Below are positions 29,313 through 40,438 of a stretch of DNA of 64,000 bases, one piece after another. The notes beneath the pieces are model-generated. The model searched no databases. It saw nothing but the letters and a program-made list of their open reading frames with translations, and was not told where the DNA came from. Position numbers and translations under genes: made by a program. Origin of the DNA: Rhizophagus irregularis (Eukaryota); NCBI RefSeq assembly GCF_026210795.1, contig NC_089434.1, forward strand, positions 1,488,001 to 1,552,000, written 5' to 3'. Within the stretch, counting starts at the first letter, position 1; each line of letters starts with the position of its first letter.

Positions 29313-30635
29313 ATATATCCCTTAAGCCGTAACTGAAAAAAAAAATAAAACACCGAAATGAAACCTAGAATCGGTTTATAAAAACTCGGGCATGTGATCT
29401 AGATGTGACGCCCAAGTTTTGATTGGTCCGTGTAATATCGCGACGTATTTTTTTTCAAAAGAAAATATCTTTATAGTAAAAAAGAAACTTGTAAAATTTA
29501 TTTAAGAGATAAATCGTTTTTGAATGGGAGAAATAAGAAAAAATAGACATCTTAAACTAAGAATAATAACACCCGAAACGAGTTTGAGACAGCTTGGATT
29601 CCTAATATTCTTCGTTTCAGAAACGAATTATCTCTTTTAAACATTTAAAATAGCTTAATTAATTTATTTATTCATTCATTTATTTGCGGTAATAACACAC
29701 ATTTCGACGATGACATGTGCAGTATATTCTGATTATTCGTTCGAGAATCAAAGGTAAAGTATTTAGAGTGTGATTAGGGAATTGTTCATTATAATATTCT
29801 TAATAAAAATTTCATTGTCAAATTAAGCAATGATAGTAAACATTATATTTTATTTAAACGAACGATTACTAAAAAGGCCTAAACTTTGTTGCCAAATATT
29901 GAGACGTGCGAAAATACACATTCCTCATTAAAAAAATAATCGTGTAAAATTTAATTGAGTATAATTTATTTGATACATTATTAAGGGCATATATTTTTTG
30001 GCTTAAATGTATTAAGTGAGTTCAGTATATATGGCATCATCATCAAAGGACTTCTCTACGAAATTTTTGATGATAAAAATCAATTTTTTATTTTTTAAAA
30101 AAAGATAGAGCATTAAAGATTCTGCGAGATAATAAATATTTCTATATGAATTTTTTACAAAAAGTGATAATTGGTAATGATTTTGTTGATATTAATAGTC
30201 TTTCACTTAAAATAAAACTCTTCTAATAAAGATTTTGATTGAAGATATTTGATATACTGCAAGTATTTATTTCATTATAAATAAAAATTTTAGTATGATA
30301 ATAATTCGTTATAAAGATAACCAATGAGTAATGACAATTAAGTATCTGTTGGTACCATGAAACATTTCCCACACTTAGTCAAATACGGTCAACCGTACGA
30401 CCGAAAAATTTTTTATTAATCATTTCTTTCGCATAAATTTTTTACCGATAAATTCTATTTTTCGAAGTACCTATATCGCCATTATAAGCCACTGATCAAG
30501 TCTATTTTATTATTAATCATGATGAATTCGGAAAGGTTTTTACAAGTATATATATATCCTCAAACTTTTTCAAAACTTCTTAAGAAACACTTCTTTCTCT
30601 GAAAGTCTTTTATGCTTTACAGAATTATTTACAAA

Positions 30636-33161
30636 ATGTTTGCGTCACTAAATTGTTTACTCTTAGGAAAGACTTCTTTTGATGATGTTTTTACGGTTAA
30701 CGTTGATGATAATAACGAGATTAATAATGTTAATGTCAAAATTGATAATTTAAAGATTCACATCTCAAATTCCTTATTCCTTATTTGGAATAATAAAAAA
30801 GATACGTTAGGAATCAATGATCCTGACATTATGAAGCTTTGGAAGGTTGTCATCGGTTACGAATTACGATGATGAAGACAAGCTTAAACATGTTACTACC
30901 GAAGATGATATTAAAAAAATTCTTATGGCGAGAGGTTGTTACCTATCTTCCTGGTTAAGAAACTTTTTTCGTAACAGCTGCTTGTAGATGAAAACATTTA
31001 CGTCATCGTACAAATGCCCGCCGCTTGCTGGTAAGTGTCTCTCAATGTTTAATCGAAATTTACAGTTGGAAAAAAATACCTTTATTTAATTTTTAACCTT
31101 GCACTGTATCATATTCTTTTTTTAATTACCTTTCATATATTTGTAGCCCTGGTAAGTGTCTCAATGTTTTACCTCTCGAATGAGAAATTTGCAGTAACAA
31201 AATATCGATTTGGTCATTTATTAAAAATATCGAATATGCTTCCTCCTTGTCACTACAACCATTAGAGTTCGGGCGGAAAAGGAGGAACACGGAAGTAGAA
31301 AGTAAGAAATATGCTTGTTTTTACACGTAGCTATATATTTCATATTCTTACAAATGTTTTTTCTCTACAACAACAAGTGGAAAGAGAAAAAGATGGACGG
31401 TTAATAGAGTACCATTATGAATGAAGTGCGTCGTCATTCAGTATACTTTGTTGATCAAATGGAAGCGATTGGACCACTTTATGACATGATTCAGAAAGGA
31501 GAATTTGTAGCTTCATACGGTGCACGAGCTTCCGGGAAGTCTACACGGGTGGATCAAGCTATGTTTGAGTTGGAAAGAAGAGGTATGTTTGCATTTGGTA
31601 AGTTCTATTTAGTCAATATAACTGTTGCTTACATTTCTTTTTTTCTTCGGAGCAGTATATCTTTTGAAGGAGTAAATATGAAAACTATAAACACATTCTG
31701 GTCCGCTGGTCGGCAATTGTCATTAATGCTCCAAAATATTTTAAATTATATGATGTCAAATCTGCCGATGATTTCATGTCAAAGTTTCAGAAAAGTAATT
31801 GGAAATCTGATGTTCTCTTCATTAACGAGTATGATACATCACTTGTAGCAGATGATGACGTTAAAACCTCATTTCTTGGAGCAATTCGTAACATTAAAAA
31901 TTCAAAAAGACACTATGCACTCTGGTCTGCTGTGGTCATCGGTCCCCTAAGTATTTTATTTCTGAAATCAGACAAAATGAATATCTCGCCATTAAACGTT
32001 AAGGAGCCATTTAGGAACCCAAATTTCACTCTGGCACAAGTGGAGTCATAATATAAAGATTATGAGGAGACGCCAAATTGACCATTGTGGATGTCATTAA
32101 GGATATTTACGGATGGACAAACGGGTATGTGAAGCTGGCCGGAAGTAATATTAAATCAATACTAAAATTTGTTTTTCTGTTATTTGACAGGCATGCTGGC
32201 CTTGTCTGCCTTTGTGGCAAGGCTATCAGTTCTTTAGAAAGAACTTGACGAAAGAAGATCTTGATTTCGTACTCTGGTCAAACTTCGTTGCCAGTTTACA
32301 ACTAACAGTTCGTATGATTACTTATAACACATTTAAAAAGATGGTTGACAATCTTATTACGCTTGATATTGCTAAGGGAGCTTTGGACCTTCTCCGATCT
32401 GTATTTTTAGGATTTTTCGATTTTATACAAATTCATGACCTTGAAGAAGAAGACAAGCAGATTTCCTAACTTCTGAGGGGGTGCTTATGAAGGAAAGTGA
32501 CAGCAAGTTTAGTTACATGATGTCGTCTTTTTTGTTGATGAATTGATTCGGCGACAAGTTATTCTTGAAGTATACTGGTCCGCCCCAAAATGTGCAGTCC
32601 CCAAAAAAAACAATGGTTCTCTGGACACTCTCGAAGTTTTGAAGGGGCTATCCGTTGTTTTGACAAAGAAATAATTTCTAGAGCATTTTCTTGGTCATTT
32701 AAAGTTGCAAAAATGTACTTATGAAAGGTCAAAAAAATTATCATGTCCCTCGTGAAAGCGTATACGACACTGAGTTGAACAGGATACTTGTTAACTGGAT
32801 TGTCAAGCAAGATGCATATGAGATCATCCGAAAAGGATAAACATTATTACAGCGTAATTAAAAAATTGTCTCAAACAATCATTCTTGAATTATTAGCAAC
32901 TTCAACAAAATCAAACCTCAATGAACACTTTTCACGAGCGCTTAAATATGCAGATAATCTGTCTGTAAACGAAATATGGATAGTACACTTTATGTGCGAG
33001 GATTGAAACCTCATTACCCACCTATTAATGAAGAATTTGAAAGACTTAACATTGTACACTTTTTGCATAATGAAAAGTTTGATAAAGTACAAATGAGTGC
33101 AAAATTCAAGAATACCTTTGGTGCTATTACTTATATTATCAATAAACAGATTATACCTTAA
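30636..33161 (+). pseudogene. Crinkler (CRN)-type pseudogene: CRN N-terminal ubiquitin-like header, P-loop NTPase and PD-(D/E)xK-like nuclease
   Basis: SLNCLLLGK..F.V, LWKV and YVIVQMP header motifs; Walker A GARASGKS; Walker B-like LFINEYD; C-terminal IILELLATS..EHFSRALKYA..WIVHF. Multiple frameshifts and stops. Confidence 0.8.
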
Positions 33162-33793
33162 TTAATTCATCTTGTATTCTCTTTGCTTGGCTTGGTGCTG
33201 ATTAGTTCTTAATTTAGTGATAGTTGGAGAGGCTTGCACTACATTTTCATCTTATCGACTGTATTGAAGTATATCTTGGAGACGCAATATTATATTGACG
33301 AGGACTATTGGGTGAAGCAAATTCTCTTGAAGGAGGCATAGAATACCGATGATTAGGAACATTATTATACAATAACCTTACTCCTTAAAATTTTTTTTGT
33401 CTTAGAATATCTTCGAGCGCAAACTTTTACAAATGCACCACAATTTAATAATCATTTTATTATATGTATTAATATATGTATTTTAATTATATCAAGTTTA
33501 AGTAATAAAATCGCATTTCTCGTTATTACCAAGAAAAATAAAAATCACGTGCACGTGAACAATTGTTCACACCGATCACTTTCGCCAAGAACAAATTTTT
33601 ATGAAATTCGGGACACATTCTGGGATTCATTACGTCTATGCTATTACTCCTCCTCTTTTTCGAAATACCCCTAAACCTTAGGTATAACTGAAAGTAGATG
33701 AATAAGAGATAAATAAAAATAAAGGACAACTTTAAAAATCCACCTGAACGTATAGTTTTTGATTTGATAATAATATTATATACAGTATATTAT

Positions 33794-33971
33794 ATTTTTA
33801 TTTTATTTCAGAGAGGAGTAACCAATGACGAAAACATAATAGAAGTAAACAACTACAGGTAGTGAATAACTATACTATTAGGGGTGCTGTGGTTATTAAT
33901 CCCGTATAACAGGACCTCACCCTCCGGGCGGAACTACTCTAACAGTAAAACTACGCTACTGATAAAGAAAG
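33794..33971 (-). mobile_element. 5'-truncated non-LTR retroposon (LINE/SINE) insertion
   Basis: 15-bp TSD TATACAGTATATTAT (33779-33793 and 33972-33986); T-rich left end corresponds to an A-rich tail on the minus strand; empty site at ~28600-28620. Confidence 0.8.
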
Positions 33972-33996
33972 TATACAGTATATTATTTAATAATCG

Positions 33997-34096
33997 CCCT
34001 ATGAAAAATTTTTCAGAAAAATGATCACGTGTCTGAGTTTCTTCGGAATAAAAACTAGAAAAATGATCATTTATCGCCAGAATTTTTTTTATAGGG
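33997..34096. mobile_element. 100-bp MITE with piggyBac-like CCCT..AGGG ends
   Basis: TIR CCCTATGAAAAA / TTTTTATAGGG; flanks ATCG and ATCT; the empty paralogous site TAATCTATC is at ~28621. Confidence 0.7.
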
Positions 34097-34429
34097 ATCT
34101 ATCTACTCATGATTTATAATAATTATGCCATAAAATTCATAAAATTTATTTTATATCCGTAAAATTAAAATTTCCATCAAATTATTTAATTTTTTTTTGT
34201 AGTTATTGTCGAAACAAATAAAAAGGTTACTATAAATTTTTTTTCTGATAATTTATATATTTAATAATTTGAATAAATTTATTATACAATTATTTAAATT
34301 ACAAACTAAGAAAATTGTAAAAAATTTTACTACTCTAGTCTTAATGTTTAAATAATTCAAAATAAACATAAATAATAAAAGATAGAAATTTAAAAATATA
34401 AAAAAATTGTTAATTTATCAAAAGATAAT

Positions 34430-36721
34430 TTAAAATCCATCTAAGGAATAAATAAATAACAGATAATAGTAACAGGTTAGTAAATAAAATAAATAAAATA
34501 TCGTAAAAATATAAGAATAATAAAGTAATTAAGAACTTACCATCAGGAATTTCAAATTCATCTTGTTCATTTGAATGAAGATTTGGATTATTATGTATAT
34601 CATCATCATCATCTATAAATAAATAAATAAATATAATATAATGTAATTAAAGTTAGCTATTATTATGTAAGATTTTGCTTACCATCAATATTAATATTTT
34701 GCTTTTTTGTTTGTTTTTGAGTTATTTCTTTTTCATCATCTAAATTTTTTAAATAAATGACGTGTTTAATAAATGAAATTAGTAATTTACTTACTATTTG
34801 AATTTATTTGCAACTTTTTAAATACTTTAGATAATCTTTTACTGCTACCTAAATTAGGATTTTGATTTAATATTAAATTCAAATTCAATTATTTCTAACA
34901 TATAATTCAAATAAATATTACCTTTAAAAATATTAATTATTTTCGATGATTTGCTACTATTCTGTTTATTTGACCCGTTAAAATCATTAACTGAAAACAA
35001 ATATTAATTTATAAACATTGTTATGAAAAAAATTCAACAATATAGCGTTAAATACTTACTATCATCAGGAATGTTAAAATCATATGATTTACTATGAAAT
35101 TCTATTATAAAAAATAAACTATTTTAATATTAAATTGTTGATAATTAAAAAATAGCAAAAAATTATTAATACCTTCTTGTTCTTCTATTATAATTAATTT
35201 TAATTAAGAAATAATAATGTTAATTTATTTTAAAATAAACAAAAAAGATTAATAAAATATTATACACTTATACCTTCTGTTGCATTTCTTGGTTCAGGTA
35301 GATTTTCAAAGTTGTGAATTTTACTTGTAAATAATCTGCTACTCGTATAATTTCCTTTTACTTTATTCATTTCTAAATTATCTATTTTTGATTGGAAAAA
35401 TTCATCTGACATATTTTGACAATCTATATTAAATCTTTGCATTTTTTTCTCAAATGTATAAATATCAGGCCTTTTTAATGGATCAGCATCCCAACATTGT
35501 ACCATTAAATTTTTATATTCTAATGGAGTTCCTGACACAATTTTTGGCCTTATACCATTAATAATGTTCATTGCAAGATCATAATCATGTTCATAATTTA
35601 TAAATGGTGGTTGTCCAGATGAAATTTCCCACATAAGTATTGCAATACTATAAATATCAGATGCAAAAGTACATTCCCTTCCAACAATAACTTCGGGTGC
35701 TATATAAGGAAGATTTCCATATATACTTGTTGATGATTTATTAGCAGGTCCACAAAATCCTAGATCACTAATGTCCCAAGCATCATTTAATTGTGAATAT
35801 AATATGTTTCCAGAATGCAAATCTCTATGAATTGCATTTTCACTATGAATATGATAAAGTGCAAGAATTATTTCATCAGCAATCCTAATTCTATCTTTCC
35901 ATGTAAGTTGATTATGATTTTGCTGTAAATATTTTCTTAAATCTATATCCCTTTTCGCTATTACAAGCATATAATTTCCATTTGATATATCTTGTGTCAA
36001 TCCATAACATCGAACAATTTCTGCCCATTTATTACTTATGGTTAAATGTGATTTAGCCTAAATGACATGTTATTTGTTATTATAAAAACTCCAAATTTTA
36101 TAAATAAATTTCAAATAAAATTATACAAACCTCTTCAAACCAACTTTGATTTACACTCTCAACATTTTCTAACCTTTTAAGTATTACTTCAAATGTTCCA
36201 GCTCTTTTTAATTGTTTTTTTTCAGAATCCCATTCATCATAACGTCCATTAATCCAGTCTGCTGTATAAATTTCAGAAAATCCACCTTTTGTTAAATATT
36301 TAATATTTATTAAATTGCTGTAAGGAATCCATTCAACTACCATATTTGGCATAAGTGTTTCCATTTGACATTTCTGTATTAATTTATCAATATTATCATT
36401 TCCGGATGTCCAATTTGAAAAATTTTCTATTAAATAATTTCGAACACATTTTTCACAATATAATGTAGCTAAACATTCTTGATTACAATTTTCACAATTT
36501 CTTTTTGTACCATCATTATGCATAATTTTATTTCGATCATAACTTTTAGTTAATAATCTTATTGCGTAAGTTTTTTCATTTTTTGTAAGACTTTTATCAG
36601 CAAGAACTGTTTGTTTTTGAAATTCAAATTGTTTGTGTATATCATTGTAAATATTAGTATCTAATAATGAAAGCGTCCTGTTATTTGCTGCATAAATTAA
36701 TTCATATCGAAGAGTGGACAT
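34430..36721 (-). CDS. TKL-like protein kinase, copy 2
   Basis: Intact kinase motifs (HRDLHSGN, DLG, APE); two large exons plus 3' micro-exons ending DGF*. Confidence 0.9.
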
Positions 36722-37008
36722 AATGTAATTAATAAATTAAAAGGAAAGAAAGAATTGTGTTTCAAGTTCGTTACTCCGAGATAAATTAGTAAATGCAAAT
36801 TGTTGATCAAAACTTGTACCACTCTTGTACCACCATGTGAATTTAAATTCTGTGATCAGTATTCGACGCTCAAATAAAATAAGTACGGTATTTTACAATT
36901 AATAGAAAACATAATCTGTGTGACAAACTTTATTTCTATACTTAATAAATAAATAATTTATTATTTGGTTCAAATTGATTAATATATTCTATTTAAATAA
37001 ACAACATA

Positions 37009-37430
37009 TTTTTATTTTTATTTTTATATGAGATGCTGTAAAGTACACGCACAAGAATTCTATAGTGCCTAACCAAATTGGTAGATAAACTACTAAAGTA
37101 CGTCATAATGTATAAAAAAAGCCATCCAAGATGACCTCAACACGATGAAATAGGCAGCTTAGGTACGACCAAGCATTAACGTTAAATGCCAGCCAACCTA
37201 AGAAAATCTGTGACCTGATTAGCCTGTACGGATAAAGTTAGTATATAAAATAAAGACTAATTTTATGGAAAACTAAAATTAAGGGTAAGGAAGGGAATAT
37301 TACAAAGGAAAGGAAAAAAAAGAATACAAATAAGAAATGAAGTAAACTAAAAATTCTGTTAGCTAAAGACCCTGAATAGTTACATCAACTAGTACGCCAT
37401 CTACTTCAACTTGGTCAAGAGGCAGGAAAA
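37009..37430 (-). mobile_element. Probable retroelement remnant
   Basis: Interrupts the conserved kinase upstream region after AACAACATAT; T-rich left end and higher GC; no TSD found. Confidence 0.4.
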
Positions 37431-38406
37431 ATATTAAAACTCATTAAAAAATCGTACATAAAAAACAAATACTTGTAGTATCTTTTCTAAGAGAGTTAAA
37501 ATTAGGTTATAGTATTGCTTCTTGTTTATTTATTAAAAAAATAAACCATTTTGCTCCAAATAAACAATAAAAAAAAATATTTCATGCTTTTTTTTCTATT
37601 TGATTAAGAATAATTTTTTTTTTGTTTATGATTATATTGTTAAATATTTTTAAAATATATTGATTAAGTTTAAAGTTTCCAAATCTTTTTTTTTAAAAAA
37701 GAAATTATACTGTAAATTACTTATTGCGTTGTAATTTTTTTAAAACTCTGTATCATACAGGTATTTTTAACTTTTTTCTCACAAACTGCGACTCTAAGAA
37801 TTTAAGCTTTTAAAAAATAAAAAGCATTTTTAAATATAATTTTTTAAATGTTATTATATAAAGTAAATTATACTACGAAAGATGAATTAAATTAAGAACC
37901 AAGAATCTTGATATATTGTGTTTATTACGTGTATGTATGAAATCTTTTTGACGACGATATACAGTGCGCGCAATACAAAAGCGTTTGTTTGTCTTTGCTG
38001 TGCGTCTCAATCGTCTCATGTATAAATTACTGTAGCGATACAAAGTACAAAATCCTGATTGCTCAGAGAGTCGCCAGACCGGAGTAGGTTCTTAATCGAA
38101 TCAATCAAACTTCGATCATAAAATATTGGCCTCGATTAAAATCGAACTAGGTTTTGATCGATCACATTGATTGATCATGGAAATGTGATGAAAATTGAAA
38201 AAAAATCGATTGATCAACCAAGGTTTTTGGACCTGCAATTTCTCGAGGGTAATTTTTAGAATCAATTAAATACCATACGCTAGAGATCTTTTAATAGTTT
38301 AAGTAAAAAAAAAAAAATATTGACACATAAAAATTCATTCAGCTGAATATTTTTTGCACTTACTGATTTTGTTGTAGATTTTATTCCGGATTACCATTTT
38401 ATATAG

Positions 38407-38551
38407 TTATTGGGTAAGAAGTATTCAATATGAAGATTTATGACCGTCGATGTTAAATGATTGGCCGTTATTGTGCCACGTAGTGGCACAATGGCCAATC
38501 ATATAATGTTGATGGTCAAAATGGTAATATTGAATACTTCTTACCTAATAA
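38407..38551. repeat. 145-bp imperfect inverted repeat (hairpin), loop GTA
   Basis: TTATTGGGTAAGAAGTATTCAATAT..TGACCGTCGATGTTA.ATGATTGGCC..ATTGTGCCAC-GTA-GTGGCACAAT-GGCCAATCAT.TAATGTTGATGGTCA..ATATTGAATACTTCTTACCTAATAA. Confidence 0.95.
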
Positions 38552-38810
38552 TGATTTTATTGTGGCAGACCACCAAGATCATGTTTTAAAAGTTTATTTA
38601 AACTTTCTTTTAAATTTCAATTTTTACGCGTCTTTTTCTTTACGCGTTTAAAAGTTTATTTAAACTTTCTTTTAAATCCACTCATTTGTACACATTTTTT
38701 CTTTACGCGTTTTTTCTTTTACACATTCTTTTTTATATACACTTTTTAAATACCCTACTTTTTCTTTACACATTTTTTTCTTTCAACCTATTCTATTATT
38801 TATTTTAATA

Positions 38811-40438
38811 ATGAAGGAAAAAACTAACAAAAATAAAATAAATAATGATAAAGTATGTTGTTATTATTACCAAAATATTGTTATATTAATTTGCTAATAC
38901 AATATTTTCTATTCAAGTTTTATTTACCTACAGAAGACGAAATAAATTTTTTCAAAAAGAAGTCAAGAGTAGTAAATACAGATAAATCCACAGCAAATTG
39001 GGTTCACCAATTTGAAAACTTTCGTGAAAAAGCTGGATTTACTGGTAAAAGCATAGATATTACTGATAGAAAGGAATTAGAAAGTCAAATCTGTAGTTTC
39101 GTAACAGTTATGAAGACTAATTCTGGTGAAGAATACAAGGCTAGATCTATCCTCAGTGCTATACATGCATTAAACCGACATTTAAATGATTTATCATCAC
39201 TATCTCCAATGGATTTTACTTCAAGAAAACAATTTCCAATATTATATGATGTATTAGATGGCAAAATGAAACATGTAGCAGAACAAGGAAAGGCCAATGT
39301 TCAAGGAGCTGATGGTCTTTCTGTTGAAGAATGTAAAAAAATACTGTATTCACCAGTATTAAACATTGACACACCCACTGGATTGTTAAAAAAAGTCTTT
39401 TTTTTAAATGCATTATTCTTAGCTCTTAGAGGTGGTGAGCACTATTCATTACAATATTCTCATTTTAAGTTTAGAGCTGATGGTCAGGGTTTTGATGTAA
39501 ATATTCCTCGAAGTAAAACAAATCAAAGGGGTATTAATGGCTCATTAAATGATGAAAAATTAAGAATTCCATATCATCCAATGATAATGGAAACTTATAA
39601 CAAATATTTTTCTAAAAGACCAGGTAATGCCGATAAAGAATTCTATTTAAGAGAATATGTGTCTGAAGATGGTGAGTTCAATGTACTTTATCATTTTATG
39701 CTATTTTTTTCAGTAATATGACATTTATTAGTTAACTTATTTATTTATTTATAGATTATATTATTTATAATCGTTGGTTTCAAAAGTTTCATGTTGGTGA
39801 AAAGCGATTAAAAAATTTTTTACATGAAATTGTAATAGAATGTGGTATTGATATTGGCAATCGAAAGATCAGCAACCATAGCGCCCGAAAAAGTTTAGTA
39901 GGAATATTGAAAGAACTTGGTACTAGTGACAATGAAGTTATGGCAATTACCCGGCATAAATCAAATTCAGGATTTACTAGCTATGAAAGAACTAAAGAAA
40001 AAATGCAGAATGTTAGTTTAAACAACTTAATGAACGTTCTTATAGATAATGATCAAATGGAAGGCTCGGGTGAGTTTTAATTTTAATTTTTAAATTGATT
40101 TTCAATATACTAATTATACAATATGGAATTTTAGATGTTTTAGAACCTTTGCCACATTTTTCAATGCCAGATAAGCAAGCATTAACACCAATTGAACTTA
40201 AATCAACTTTTACTAGTGCACGCGAAATTTTTAAAGGTAATTTATTAATAGTTTGTTTTATTTTATTTTATTTTATTGATTTCTATTAATAAAATTAGCT
40301 GAAATCAATCAAGAAAGCCGAATTCCATTTTCTAACAAATCCAACAAATTGACAATAAATGAAACTGAAACTTTACAGGATATTTTTAAAGGAAACGGAT
40401 CAATTTTCAATAATTGTACATTTGTATTCAATAGATAA
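38811..40438 (+). CDS. Tyrosine recombinase, Crypton/DUF3504-type, apparently intact, 5 exons
   Basis: Exons 38811-38852, 38918-39671, 39755-40069, 40135-40236 and 40299-40438 splice in frame. Catalytic R (LALRGGEH), K (SKTNQ), HxxR (NHSARK), H (RHKS) and Y (FTSYER); C-terminal FNNCTF motif. Confidence 0.88.

Noticed and set aside
38083..38236. Possible MITE (GTAGGTTC..GGACCTGC with ATCGA repeats) next to element 1
   Set aside because: The TIR is short and imperfect and there is no TSD.
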